DNA of 63,290 bases, filler included, from Piptocephalis cylindrospora (lineage: Eukaryota), in assembly GCA_003614145.1 (NCBI GenBank). It is 26 parts of 26 records of this genome, joined end to end, with 100 filler letters (N's around TTAATTAATTAA, not from the genome) between each part and the next. Parts side by side here need not be neighbours in the genome. Positions count along the whole stretch, not along the records: positions 46,378 to 48,714 come from KZ989001.1; positions 48,815 to 51,150 come from KZ989002.1; positions 51,251 to 53,584 come from KZ989003.1; positions 53,685 to 56,015 come from KZ989004.1; positions 56,116 to 58,442 come from KZ989005.1; positions 58,543 to 60,866 come from KZ989006.1; 20 more parts are not named here. One strand, 5' to 3'. The notes beneath the pieces were generated by a model. The model worked only from the letters and a program-made list of their open reading frames with translations, was not told the DNA's origin and did no database searches. How positions within the stretch are numbered: the first letter of the stretch is position 1; every line of letters starts with the position of its first letter. Position numbers and translations under genes: made by a program. This document shows, in pieces, positions 46,378 through 58,559 of the stretch.

Positions 46378-47275
46378 CCCTGCAAGATTTATCGAAGAGA
46401 AGAAAGAAGAGCTAAGGAAGAAGAAGGTATGAGGGAAGCGATAAGGCTTGATACTACCCTTTTCCTCTCATTGGCTCCTGTGTATGTAATAGGCCGAGGA
46501 AGAAAAGCTGCGCCTGGCTATTGATACTGCTAGGTCACGTGCTCTGGGATCAGCCACGACATCCGATATTCCAGGAGAATCCGAGCCCCCTCCCCTTCCA
46601 GCCTCTTCTCCTATATCTTCCCAGACGCTCTCTTCATCCCAGATACCCACTCTACCCCACGAATTGGATCGAGGCAATCGATCACGATCACGTGAGTCTA
46701 CCCACCCTCATCGCCCCATTCTTGATCATCAATCTAGACACTGGGAGGACCGGTACCGAGGAGACCGATCTGGCTCAGACCGACGAAGGGATGATCGGCA
46801 TAGAGAAAATCGACGTCGAAATGATCGATATAGTCAAGGCCGTCATAGAGATGATCGGCACCATGAGGATCGATATAGGGATGATCGTGGCCAGTTCAGT
46901 GGAGACACAAGACAGCGTGAGGGCCCACTGCATCTGCGATCCCGCTCCCCAGCTCAATATGAACCCTACGGAGCGGAAAGACGTCCATCCTATCGCCAGC
47001 GTCGCCATACTCTTAGGTCCCGATCCAGGTCAGTCTCCCCGCCCTCCCGCCAAGACGCTCACAGCCGGCATGAGACAAGTAGAGACAGGCCTATATCAAC
47101 ACTAGGCGGCGATCCTCCACCTCCCCCACGCCATGCGAGGCGCTCACCCCCCGCTTATCACCGACCGCGCCGTGAAGGGCCGGAGGAAGAGGAGGTGAGG
47201 GGAGAAGATAGGAACACATCCTATGATTCATCACTCCGCCTCCATCAGTCACACCATAGACGGGATGGATCATGA
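46378..47275 (+). CDS. PWI-domain RS-rich splicing protein (SRm160/SRRM1-like), 3' part
   Basis: PARFIEEKKEELRKKK (end of the PWI domain), then an intron and an RD/RS-rich tail (RSRSRSVSPP). Confidence 0.7.
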
Positions 47276-47467
47276 ATGAGATTGATTATTCTGAGGCCCT
47301 CCTTTTCCCTCCCTCCCCTTTGATATCAGGTTCTTATCCGTGTCATCCAGCAGCATCAATATATTCTTTCCTTTTCTTCGTCATTGCACCAAGAATACCC
47401 ATTCGTTCCGGTTCTTTGCGTCACAGCACCCATCCCCTTTACCCAACCAAATTCTCAGGATCCCTTC

Positions 47468-48714
47468 TTACTGGATATCTAGAACTTTCTTCAGCTTAAT
47501 AATCAGCGCCCATTCATCCTTGCTCATCTCCTCACGGAAGCTAGCCTTGAGGACATCAATGGATTGACGGGGGACTCGACTGAAAATATCATCCTTGTCG
47601 GTAAAGTGTCGGCCATACATGGGACCCGAATCATTGGGACCCACCTCGATCTTGACCGCGACACCTCCACCAGCTTGGCCCTTCTTGACAATTTCCATGG
47701 TCTTATGATCCTTTTCAATGCCCGTGACCTTACCCAGCTCCACTACTTCTCGGGGCCCGCCTTCAACCTCGGGAGGCCGAACGACACAGAGGGGCGTTCC
47801 AACACGCAGGGCCCCATCTATCACGTCCATACCCAGGACCAAAGGGTCCTTCTTGTTGAACACAGCTCCAGAGATCATGCGAAGGAGACAAGGGAAGACG
47901 GCGGCTCCGGCCTGGCTCTTCTTCTTACTCTCCACAATATCCTTATGATAAGCAGTGAACTGGTCAAAGAGATGATAAATGATATCGGCCTTAAAGATCC
48001 GCACGTCCATATCGTCCGCCAATTCCTGGGCATCTCGGTCCACCTTGACGTCGAAGCACAGCATGACCGCAAGTTCCTTGGCCCGTTCAAGCATCGTGGA
48101 GCAGCGAATTACGTCCTTCTTGTGGACGGGTCCAATGTTAATGGCTGCCACGGGAATCTTTGAGACGCGCAGGAACTCCAGTAGGGCCTCCAAGGATCCA
48201 AGAGTGGAGGCCTGCACAGAGACCCCCTTACCCGACCGATCCAGGGAGCTCTGGAGAGAAGTGATATCACTCATAACCTCATCCATCATCTCCTCCTCAT
48301 CATCATCGGGGCCCACAACGAGAAGGCGGGACCCAGCAATGGCCTTTTCCAGGTCAGGAGCTGAGATCTTCACTCCCATGGCTGCCTTGATGCTAGTGTG
48401 GTGAACATACGACGATTTGACCCGAAGCTCACGAAGGGGCTGGGGTGTCAGGAGAGCCCGGACATTGGTGGCGATGGGGCCATTGAGACCGCAAATCACA
48501 ATACGATCTCCCTCATGAAGGACACCGTTCGAGAGGACGACATCAATGGTCGTACCCAGACCTTCGATCACCTTAACTTCCAGGACTGTACACTCCAATT
48601 CCGTGAGGTACATGAGCTTCTCAGACATACGCGTCTGGGTCAAGTGGATGAGGAGATGCAATAGATCTGGGGTACCCTCGCCGGTGATAGCGGACGTGGG
48701 AATGAGGGAGACGT
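47468..48714 (-). CDS. FUN12: Translation initiation factor eIF5B, C-terminal part
   Basis: [16 protein letters not shown]...[23 protein letters not shown]...[16 protein letters not shown]...[12 protein letters not shown]...SIDVLK. Confidence 0.95.
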
Positions 48715-48814
48715 NNNNNNNNNNNNNNNNNNNNNNNNNNNNNNNNNNNNNNNNNNNNTTAATTAATTAANNNNNNNNNNNNNNNNNNNNNNNNNNNNNN
48801 NNNNNNNNNNNNNN

Positions 48815-49236
48815 GGACAAGATGACCGATAAGCAGGTGGCTTCGGTGGCAAAGAAACGTACGTTGGCGAGTCAGGAACCCAGCCATCCCATCCCACCCT
48901 TCCATCCTCACGCCTTGCCTTTCCAGTGTTTCTAGGTGGCTTTGCATTCCTTCCGTTTCTATGGGCAGTCAATTTTTTCTACATGTTCAAAGTGATGAGG
49001 GAGAGGTCCGATAGAATTCCTAGACTGAAACAATGTAAGTGGGACAGACCGAGTTCATTTTTTCCTGCTAGGCAAGGACTGATTGACCTTTTACTGTAGA
49101 TGTCTGGGGAAGCGGTATAGGAGCATTGCTGTGGTTCATTGCCCTCACCACCTGGTATGCCGTCTTTGTCAATACCCGCACCACCTGGGGTCCAGGTACC
49201 GATCATTTCACCGTTGTCCTCATCACAGGAGAGTGA
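48815..49236 (+). CDS. PSENEN: Gamma-secretase subunit PEN-2 (presenilin enhancer 2); exons 48815-48858, 48927-49034, 49100-49236
   Basis: Spliced product DKMTDKQVASVAKKLFLGGFAFLPFLWAVNFFYMFKVMRERSDRIPRLKQYVWGSGIGALLWFIALTTWYAVFVNTRTTWGPGTDHFTVVLITGE*. It has the PEN-2 hallmarks LGGFAFLPFLW.VN, K.YVW.S and R..WG..D, and the GT-AG introns keep the frame. Confidence 0.92.
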
Positions 49237-49381
49237 GGGAGGTGGGGATGGGATGGGGTAGTAGTAGTAGTAGTAGTAGTAGTAGAAGGGGGACGGGGTC
49301 CAAGGAGCCCTGTCCTCATGTACGTGGTAATGCAAAATGATATTCTTCTTCTCAAGTAGCCGATGAGATCCCCCACCCACT

Positions 49382-50179
49382 CTATTCCACTGTCCATCCA
49401 TATCCTTGGATCCGTCGAATAGTCAGGGAAATGCGTCTGGATCGTACCAATCTCTCCTCATCCACCCAGTCTATCTCATCCTTGCTAATTCCATGAGTAT
49501 ATCCGTACCTGGATTCCCCAGATAGCACCACGGCGGAACGTCGATGAAGAGCCAGGGTATGATCATCGGCGCTTTCGGCTTCTTCTCCCTTCTTCCTGAC
49601 TCGACACACGTGAAGAGCGCATGGACTGAGTAAGGAGACAGAAATGACCACGGGTCCAAACTTGAGCGAGTCCACATGGGGCATAATCCCTTGACCCACC
49701 TCATACTCATTGACAATCACCGAGTCAGGGGGTTCATCCGAAGGGAAAAGATGAGCTACACGTTCTAGAAGAGGTTTGAAAATTTCCGGCAATTCCCCCA
49801 GATCCTCCGTGACTTGTCTTGAGACATCATCGCGTCAGTAACAACAACACCAAATGAAAAAAAGGGATATGCAATCACAGGAGAGCCCTACCGAAGTCGA
49901 TAGCTAAAAATATATCCATATTGCTGGGTTCTACGTCGAAGTTCTGGGTTTAACCTTGGGGACGGTGAGGGTAAGTGAACAATGGTCAGAGCATCCCCAT
50001 TCACACTACCTGTCCCCAAGCGTTACTCCCTCTACCTACCCAGCACCCTTACCCGACCATGGACGGGCATCCACCTCTCGGATCAGCGCCTCCTCCTCTT
50101 CAACAGTCAGTATCTCCGGGATGACCGTTAGGCCTGGGGGTGGGGTATGTGTAGCCGCCTTCACTTTCTCTTGGGACAT
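49382..50179 (-). CDS. AlkB-family 2OG-Fe(II) dioxygenase (3 exons)
   Basis: PPGLTVIPEILTVEEE..LI, RRRTQQYGY, IVNEYEVGQGIMPHVD (HxD), Y.YTHGI and RISLTIR. Confidence 0.88.
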
Positions 50180-50490
50180 GGCTGTTGGGTAAGAACAAAA
50201 GCAAAAACAGGATAATGCTTAGATATGGTGTGTTCCAGGGCAAGTGCCTAATGTTTTTTAATCTGACACTGGCTGTGTTGTACTACAGTGGCGCAGGGGA
50301 TTTGGTCACTTTCTGACCCAGCCCATACAGTTCAGCATCTCAGCCTGTTGGCTGGCTTAGAACAAGAATAGGTCATGATGGAAAAAAGAACAGTGATGAA
50401 TGAATGAAAATGGGGCAAGATACTTTGATTGGGGAAGGCTAGAATTCAGATAATGGACAATGAATATTTTTTAGAAGAGAGAAGAAGCAG

Positions 50491-51150
50491 TCATACCGGA
50501 GGGATGGAAGAGTCTCCAGAGCTCTTTGTAGGTTGGATAGATGCATTATCCAGGGAAATGGAGGTGGACGAGGCACGGTCCGTTGCTATGCTGGCGCGAT
50601 GGGGTCTGCCGTTATCGTCCACAAAGCCAATGGTAGGGGCTGAGGGGCCATGAGGGTTCATGGTCGAGGGAAGCGGATGATGAGGATCTTGGAAGGGAGG
50701 ATGGTGCTCCACTTCGGTCCTGGCAGCATCGCTAGCCGCCACCTTTGCATCACCTCCCTCGCCAGTACCGATGCTCACCATGGTCATGGTACGAGACATG
50801 GCATCACGAAAGGTACGTGTTCTGAGGACTTTGAAAAGGGGCAAGCTGACCCCGTGGGCCACAACACTGCTAAGCACCATCCAACACACGACAGGCCAGA
50901 AAATCCGTCCAAGGGGACCTCCTATCCCGGGGATGCTGGGTCCTTCCTCGGTATGCCCATACCCAACGCGTTCCAGCTCTTCAGATCCGACCGAAGCGTA
51001 GAATAGGGCGCCTACTCCAATGGGCCCGAACCATCCAGCACACACGGCTTCTCCATAGGTGAGGATGGAGGGAATGGGTCGCTTTAGGGCGAGGATGATG
51101 GGAAGACGACGAAGGAATAGGACCAGGACAGCCAAGGCCACGAGATTTCC
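50491..51150 (-). CDS. NHA1: Fungal plasma-membrane Na+(K+)/H+ antiporter Nha1/Sod2-like, C-terminal part
   Basis: VLFLRRLPIILALK..IP...EA..AGWFGPIGVGALFYA...WPVVCWMVLSSVVAHGVS. Confidence 0.88.
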   Translation of the reverse strand, partial: GNLVALAVLVLFLRRLPIILALKRPIPSILTYGEAVCAGWFGPIGVGALFYASVGSEELERVGYGHTEEGPSIPGIGGPLGRIFWPVVCWMVLSSVVAHGVSLPLFKVLRTRTFRDAMSRTMTMVSIGTGEGGDAKVAASDAARTEVEHHPPFQDPHHPLPSTMNPHGPSAPTIGFVDDNGRPHRASIATDRASSTSISLDNASIQPTKSSGDSSIPPV

Positions 51151-51364
51151 NNNNNNNNNNNNNNNNNNNNNNNNNNNNNNNNNNNNNNNNNNNNTTAATT
51201 AATTAANNNNNNNNNNNNNNNNNNNNNNNNNNNNNNNNNNNNNNNNNNNNTGTTTTGGAAACCAACCCTGCCCCCTCTCCCACAGGATTTCGGTTCGTGT
51301 CAAGGGTAAAAAGTTCCATTAGTCTTAATTTGAGGGCGGCTCTAGTAGAGTGCCGAAAAAAGTA

Positions 51365-51408
51365 AGCCCAACGCGGGGGTCGAACCCGCAGCCTTGAGAT
51401 TAAGAGTC
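51365..51408 (-). tRNA. 3' half only of tRNA-Lys(CTT); 5' half absent
   Basis: GACT-CTT-AATCTC AAGGCT GCGGG-TTCGACC-CCCGC GTTGGGCT followed by a T6 Pol III terminator. There is no D-arm or 5' acceptor strand upstream. Confidence 0.8.
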
Positions 51409-52342
51409 CTTCCTGCTGCCAAGACGCCAGAGCCCCATGGACGAGGGAGCCGGGAGAAGAAGGACATGGCTGTTTCAAGCGATAGGGCAGAAGAGAAGAG
51501 GATAGAAAGGTGTTTTGATGGGGGGAGGGTAGCAGCAAGCGCGGCCGGAAGTGAAGGTATTGGCAATACACTGGCCCTTTTTTTCTATCCACCCTTCTCG
51601 TTGAAATTTGGTCCATTTTCGGACGTGTTTTGAAGGCTTTGGGTCAGACTGACCTTGAGTAGTGAAGATATGGGTCGAACAGGCCAATCGGGAGGCAACC
51701 AAAGCCATTTCACTGTGTGTGGGAGGGAGGGACATCGGGTAGTGGCAACACGCTTAGATCCGGTGAAGGGGGGTCGGAGGTTGAATAAAAAAGGGGTAAG
51801 GCATAGGGATAACACGGGGCTGCATGGAGCCAAAGATGGTGGGAGGCTGGAGGGGGTCTCTTGGAGGACGATGCGCCGCCACTCACCCTGCCTGCACTGC
51901 TTCTGACTGGTATCGTGGGCCTACCTCAACTCCATGATCCCTACTCTACTGTGTATGTGTGGGAGATCCTAGCAAGCCAAGCAGACAGACACAGACAGGG
52001 AAGCATGACCTCCAACCTTGGCATTCATTCCCCCGCTTGCTCCTCCTCTCATCCCCGCCGATGAGGAGGGGAGGGTCGTCGGTAGCGCAATATATAAAGT
52101 GAGCGAGGACATGGGTGCTTGACGAGCGAGAAGCTCAATAAGCTCTTCCTCCTCTCTCTCTCTCTCCCTCTTCCTTCCCCTCTCTCTCCCCTTCACCCCA
52201 TTTGCCATCTCTAGTTTTGTCTTCACATCCTTCTCTGCCTTTTTCTTCGGTTTGCTTCTCTTCCCAGTCTCTAGATACTCCACATTTGCTTTAGCTCGCA
52301 CTCTTACTCCCCCCTTCATCATCCAGTTCCTTCTTTTCAAAG

Positions 52343-53584
52343 ATGGCTATCAATCTGGATGAAAGAAACATCAAGTAAGCTCAGGGAGCTTCTTTCCTAT
52401 CGTACGCTCTTCTCACCTAGATTCCCTCCGCGGGTATTCCCTGATGGTAGAATGATCCGGGAATTATTGAGACTCCAGGATAATCGTCAATGCTTTGATT
52501 GCCCTGCCAAGGTAGGCATTGGACTGTGCTGATCATGATCTCCTTTTCCTCCCCGATCCTCATCCCTCCACCTCTCGTAGGCCCCACATCATGCCAACAT
52601 GATGAACCAAACATTCATCTGCGAGCAATGTGCCACCTTTCAGTGAGTTTTGTCCTGATCATCAGGCTTGTTGCTCTTCCCACTTTTTTTATCCCCACAT
52701 CCACTCACCATCCACCTCCTCCCTTTCTTCCCTAGTCGTGAACTGGCCCATCGGGTAAAACCCATATCCACTTCTAGATTCACCGTAGCGGAGGTGGCCT
52801 TGTTGAAGAATGGGGGGAATGCTGTGGCAGCCGAGGTCTGGATGGCTCGGTGGGGCCGGCAAGATCGGCTCCCCGCTGATCTGGGGGATCATGGAGCGAT
52901 GCGACGGTACTTTCGTGATAAATATGTCTTATGCAAGTGGGCTGACCCTGCCAAACTGCCTTCCACCCATACCCCGCCCTCCTCCTCGGCCTCCTCCGTC
53001 ACCACTTCTTCTGCATCCTCCATCTCCTCCCAGAGATCCATGGAACGATCTGGGAGCGGTGGGTCCTTGCACGGGTCAGGGGGAAAGGGAAGTGGGAGCT
53101 CTCTTCGGTCTCCGACCTCCCCATTGGCTTTGACCTCGGGGAAGGTGGTATACGATCGGTTTAGCGGGGGGGGAGGGGTCGGACGAGGGTCTTCTAGCGG
53201 CCGTACTACCCCTCCGCCCCTCGTCCCCACCGTGGTGACCTCAGAGTGCTCCCCGGTCCCAACAAAGAGGTTGGATCAGGCAAGTGGTGGGCGTGAAAGT
53301 CCCTCCACCCTGGGCCTCACCTATTCCACCGCCTCTACCTCCCCAACTTATGGACCCCAGGTGGTTGGGGGATACCGGAAAAATAGCTTTGATGGCCTTC
53401 CCATTTCCCGGACCAAGTCAACTTCCTCTTCCTCCTCCGGGGACAGGTCTTATCCCCTTCCCTTTACACCAAGGACAGTGAAGGATGACGATTTTTTCTC
53501 GGTAATGCAAGAAAGAGCCACAGGAATGGCGTCCGCAGGCCCGAAATGTCAAATCCGGACAAAGAATCCATTTACCTCCCGGAT
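52343..53584 (+). CDS. ArfGAP-domain protein (AGFG/HRB-like), multi-exon, 3' truncated
   Basis: Spliced product DERNIKMIRELLRLQDNRQCFDCPAK/APHHANMMNQTFICEQCATFH/RELAHRVKPISTSRFTVAEVALLKNGGN, a CxxC-x16-CxxC-x4-R zinc finger. Confidence 0.88.
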
Positions 53585-53684
53585 NNNNNNNNNNNNNNNN
53601 NNNNNNNNNNNNNNNNNNNNNNNNNNNNTTAATTAATTAANNNNNNNNNNNNNNNNNNNNNNNNNNNNNNNNNNNNNNNNNNNN

Positions 53685-54056
53685 TATTCTATAACCACCA
53701 ATCTTTTCATACCCCTGCGGATCGACAATATTTTTAAGAAGCTCATCATAGCAATCGCAATGCTGCTGATCTATAATGAACTTGTTGCATTTATCGAGGA
53801 CATTCAAGATGGCGTTTGAGGTGCGAATGAGGACGGGGAGGGTGTTCTTGAGGAAGTGATTGATCTCCCTCTTACGGTCTGGGTTTAGATCGTCGTGCTG
53901 TGAGGCCCACTCGAACTGGAAGTCAGGGATGTACCGCCTTTCTGAAGCCCCATTAATAAAGATAACTCCCCGGGGCATGTCATTCTCCATTGAAGCCCCA
54001 ATGGTATGGGAGGCCTCCAAGAGCAGGGTGGCAGCCAGGAGAAGCGTGAATCGCAT
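53685..54056 (-). CDS. Hypothetical secreted protein, N-terminal fragment
   Basis: Signal-peptide-like MRFTLLLAATLLLEASHTIGA; ORF open to the contig end; no recognised domain. Confidence 0.6.
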
Positions 54057-57000
54057 AGGTAAGAGCGAGGAGAAGGATAGAAAAAGGAAGGAATGAAGTG
54101 GCCGTTAGGAAGGAAGACGTTAATGGCGCTTGCCTGAGTAGAAAGAGGAAGGTGGGGTTGAAGAGGGAAAAGGTCTCCTTGTGCGGAAGGGATGAACGAG
54201 ACCCAGACTTTATTAAGATACGGTGGAGGTGCCTTGGGGCATTGCAGGGCGGACCATTGTAACTGGGACCTATGAAGTATTGAGCGAGAGGCATTGGCGA
54301 ATGTGCAGGTGTCGGAGCAACAGAGCTGACCTTGACAAGAAAGGGGATAGCCTTCTACTGGCCAATGAAAACTGATAATGATGGACGGCGAAAATAGATT
54401 AGAGACGGCTGTTGAGGGCTTTCTCGTGCGGAAATACATTCCTTTTTAAAGGTGGTATCAGTTTTAGCCATGCTCCATCAGTTTTGCAGATAGTGGCATA
54501 TCAAAGCATCGTGGTGTCAAGGGCATTTCACATGGACGCACTGCGGAGCTGCGCTTGGACATGGATAGATCCCTCGAGCCTACCGAAAAGGGCCACGCTA
54601 TCTTATCAAGGGAAACCTATTTAAAGTGGCGTTACTGATGTGATCAACGTAGATAGAAAGCCTATTGTTTTTCAGTAGCGGGAGTTGTCGATAATATAAT
54701 ACGTCATCTAATGATAAGTTCCAAGGATCCTAACGAGATACCTTTGTGCAGCAACCCGCTCAAGCCACATTTGGGGACAAGATGCCAAGCCTATGATAAT
54801 TTGAACCTCCTGTCTTTATGCAGATGCAAGGGGCAGGACTAGGCCATTGGGAAGCTTTTCCCATGGATGTAGAGCTATTGCACTAGCGGTTAGGATGTGC
54901 CAGCCCTTGAGATTTAAGGTCATAGTGGTCTTCCTCGCGCCTCTCCCGAGATGATAAGGGGTCTGATTGGAGGCTTTGGCGCAATTCTTCGGTTTGTTGA
55001 ACAAAAAAAAGGCTTTACTACCATCATCAAGAGCATATCCAAGACGAGTGCATAAGGAAGGATGCTGTAAAAGATCTGAGTGATGGATAGGATGAAAGAT
55101 ACGACGAACTGACGGAATAATGGATACAACCAAAGGCAAAGGCAGTGGTTGAGGATGAAGCTAGGAAGGATTGGCGATGGAGGAAGCAAGCGCAGGTCGA
55201 CAGAACGGGGAAGGTGGTGTGGAAGGTCAACAAAAAGATTTATTCATGCAGGGTAGATGGATCAGTCTATCCTAAAGACGGGAGGATGCATCGATCAAGG
55301 GGGCAGCAATGGCGGACAGGATCATGAAGCACTGGTAATTTCCTGATGATTCAATTCAACTCAAAATTGGATGAGATTAAAAAAGACAAAGGGCAATGGG
55401 GTTTTTCACTGGCTATGGCTTTAGCACCAGTGAAAAGTAGCTGGTTGATAATCAACTCCGCTCCAGGCTGGGGCACTTTTGCAAGATACCAAGGATAAAG
55501 TAGATAGGGACAGTAGCAAAAATATGGCCCTTTCCCTCGTTGACGGATCACCATCACCAATCATGCCTGTCTGGCTTGCGAAGTGTGTGTGTGTACAGGA
55601 GTCCCGCTAGCTTTATCACCAGATCATATCAGCCAAGCCAAGTTTGAGAATATCAGGCCCGTGTTGCTGGGGGAGAGACGGACTCGGCCCATCTCCATGA
55701 CACACTGGCTTGGCGGTCATTTTTCCCCTGCGGGAAAGGGGAAAAGAGGGGGGAAAATCACCCTTTGTACGACCAGGTCCATTCCCCACCAAAAAAAGAA
55801 TCTCTTGCCCCAGCTCCCGCACCACTCCTGTATGAGAAAGGGAATACACAAGCCCGTTTCAGACTCCGTCGCTGCCCAATTCTCCCACTCTCACCCACTC
55901 TCTATCGCGCGACGGCTATAAAAGCACTTTTACACATAGGTTAGACGAGTGACGAAGACATCCTTCCCTTTCTTCCTTTCTCTCCCCTTATCCCCTACCC
56001 TCCTCCTCCCTCCCTNNNNNNNNNNNNNNNNNNNNNNNNNNNNNNNNNNNNNNNNNNNNTTAATTAATTAANNNNNNNNNNNNNNNNNNNNNNNNNNNNN
56101 NNNNNNNNNNNNNNNTGTTCAATGATGATAAGGTGCTTGAAAAAGATATCAAATTGGAGTGGGATGATGGTGTGTAAGAGTACTTGTTTTCATTACAATT
56201 TGCTTTGCCACTATAGCGTCCATCCTCGGTCACTAAAGTAAAATATGTATTTTACTAAAAATAGCCCCTTCTCGTAAGATTCCACAAAGGCGAGCTCGAA
56301 CTACGTATCTCCTTGGATATCCGGATACCCGCCAGTAAGTCTGGGGATCAAGGCATCCTTCCAATCCTCCGTGGACTAGTCGTCGTGAATTGGTGATGAA
56401 TACTCCCTCCGCGATATGGACCATTGCATACCCACTTACAGGATCAAACTCGGTTTTGTACTGGCCCAATTGGACCCGTTGATCCGATCCTGTTTCATGT
56501 ACGCGGCCTGTGCCCATCCTCCATTCACGAAGAGGGTGATGAGCTCAGTCAAGGACTCCCCTCCTCTATCCAAATATACTGACCTGAAGATCCCGCTTGA
56601 AGGGAAATGTGAGTTGTATTGACCCAAACCACCATGTGAAGTAAATCGGATTGAGTAGAAATAATGGCCACGTCCTGGGAGTCGTCCAGTTGAACGGTGT
56701 GAAGTCTCTTGTCCGTCTATAACGATGGACGAAAAAAGGATTGAGTCATCGATACGCCCTCTCAGCCAGGCTGGCATCCTCCCTCAATCCAAAGTCCCTT
56801 GCACCTCCAGGCATCCAGACTCTCGGAGAGTATCCTTGCCTCAAGATGTACTTTCAAGTCGGTGCAATCCTCTGTTCATTCATCATTTTCCAACACGTAT
56901 GGATAATGAGTATAGCACTGTCTACGAACATTATGAACGCTTCATCACTGACCCATTTGAATCTTGAGATACCGTCCTCTCACGGTATACTCCCCTCCGT

Positions 57001-57659
57001 GGCATTGTTGAAAGTACAATGTCCGGTTCGGGCCGCTTTCATTTCTTTCCACCACACGATGAGCATCTCTTTCGCCCACCTATGATTTTATGGGAGGTAG
57101 TAAGATTGAATATGATACTAGGTCTCTTCCTCATACCCTCATTAGGGCAGAGTCGTTTACAATTTCCTGTAGGTGGGGCGTTGGAACAGCTGCACGGGCT
57201 GGGACAAATAATGGAACAGGCATGGAACGGGATGAGAGGGAATGAAGAAGCAAATGGATTGTGCCAAGCATGATGTTCATTTATCATCACCTTGTATAGT
57301 CGGCTCTTAAAGTCCTTTCCCCCACATCTCACCACAGTCAGAGTGACAGTAGACAATTCTATCAGCTCAATGTTGTCCCGTATTTTCGATGAATTTCATT
57401 GATTTTTCTTTTTTGGGGCTCACGGACACAGGCCGCATGCACGCACAAAACCCTCCACACTCATCATGCCACACTCCTCAACAAGTCCACTTCCTTCCTC
57501 CTTTCACCCCAGCCAGAAGCACTTGTCGCGAGTCCCTTTTTCCCCCCAAGTTTACTTCTTCAACTTCCAAGTAAGTCTATCCATCCATCCATCCATCCAT
57601 CCCCTTTTCATCTATCCATCCATCCATCCATTCTAACCTCATTTCCCTTTCCCTTCAGA

Positions 57660-58022
57660 ATGGTTGCCCAGGAACGTAAGAGCAAGCGCTCCACTCTCTC
57701 CGATGTCGTGACCCGCGAGTACACCATCCACCTTCACCGTCACATCCACGGTCGTGGCTTCAAGGAGCGCGCTCCCCAGGCTATCAAGGCCATCAAGGCC
57801 TTTACCAAGCTCCACATGGGCACCGTCGATGTTCGCGTCGACCCCAAGCTCAACGAGGCTATCTGGGGCCATGGTGTCCGTAACGTCCCCCGCCGCATGC
57901 GTCTTCGTCTTGCCCGCAAGCGTAACGACGAGGAGGAGGCCAAGGAGAAGCTTTACACCTACGTTTCCTACGTTCCCGTGACTGGCTTCAAGGGTCTCGA
58001 GACCCAGGTTGTTGAGGAATAA
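57660..58022 (+). CDS. RPL31: 60S ribosomal protein L31 (eL31); 5'-UTR intron 57571-57658
   Basis: [12 protein letters not shown]...[14 protein letters not shown]...MGT.DVRVDP.LN...[18 protein letters not shown]; strongly biased codon usage. Confidence 0.97.
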   Translation: MVAQERKSKRSTLSDVVTREYTIHLHRHIHGRGFKERAPQAIKAIKAFTKLHMGTVDVRVDPKLNEAIWGHGVRNVPRRMRLRLARKRNDEEEAKEKLYTYVSYVPVTGFKGLETQVVEE

Positions 58023-58559
58023 GCCGTTTGTTTGCTCGGACTTTATCCGCCTTTCGGCCATGTCCGTTCGGCAACGCAATACATCCTCTCTCCCCCATCT
58101 CTTTCCCCCCTCCCCCTCTCCATTCCCCTCTCCCGTCTGGAACGGGATGGGATGGAGGGGGCTTCTAGGGTCATGTGTCTATTATTTTGTATGTTTATTC
58201 TCTTGTTGACTTGTAATTTTTCCGGTGCAGATGGCTGGGTCATTCTCTAGCTTTAAAGAGAGACTTTGTAAATACCATGCTGATCTCCTCATTCGAGCCC
58301 ACTTTTCTACCTTTCTTGCTCACGCATGTGGAGTAATGCTCTTCTATGGGCAATCACCATTTTACTATGGGACGAATAGAGATCGAAAGGAATATGCTGA
58401 GCCATCAGATCAGCTGGGATGGGATTAGGAACGGGTGGAGTANNNNNNNNNNNNNNNNNNNNNNNNNNNNNNNNNNNNNNNNNNNNTTAATTAATTAANN
58501 NNNNNNNNNNNNNNNNNNNNNNNNNNNNNNNNNNNNNNNNNNGTAAACCGTAACCCCCA

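Noticed and set aside
57399..58079. N-terminally extended RPL31 and long antisense ORFs
   Set aside because: The extension runs through a 5'-UTR intron (57571-57658). The antisense ORFs reflect biased codon usage of a highly expressed gene.
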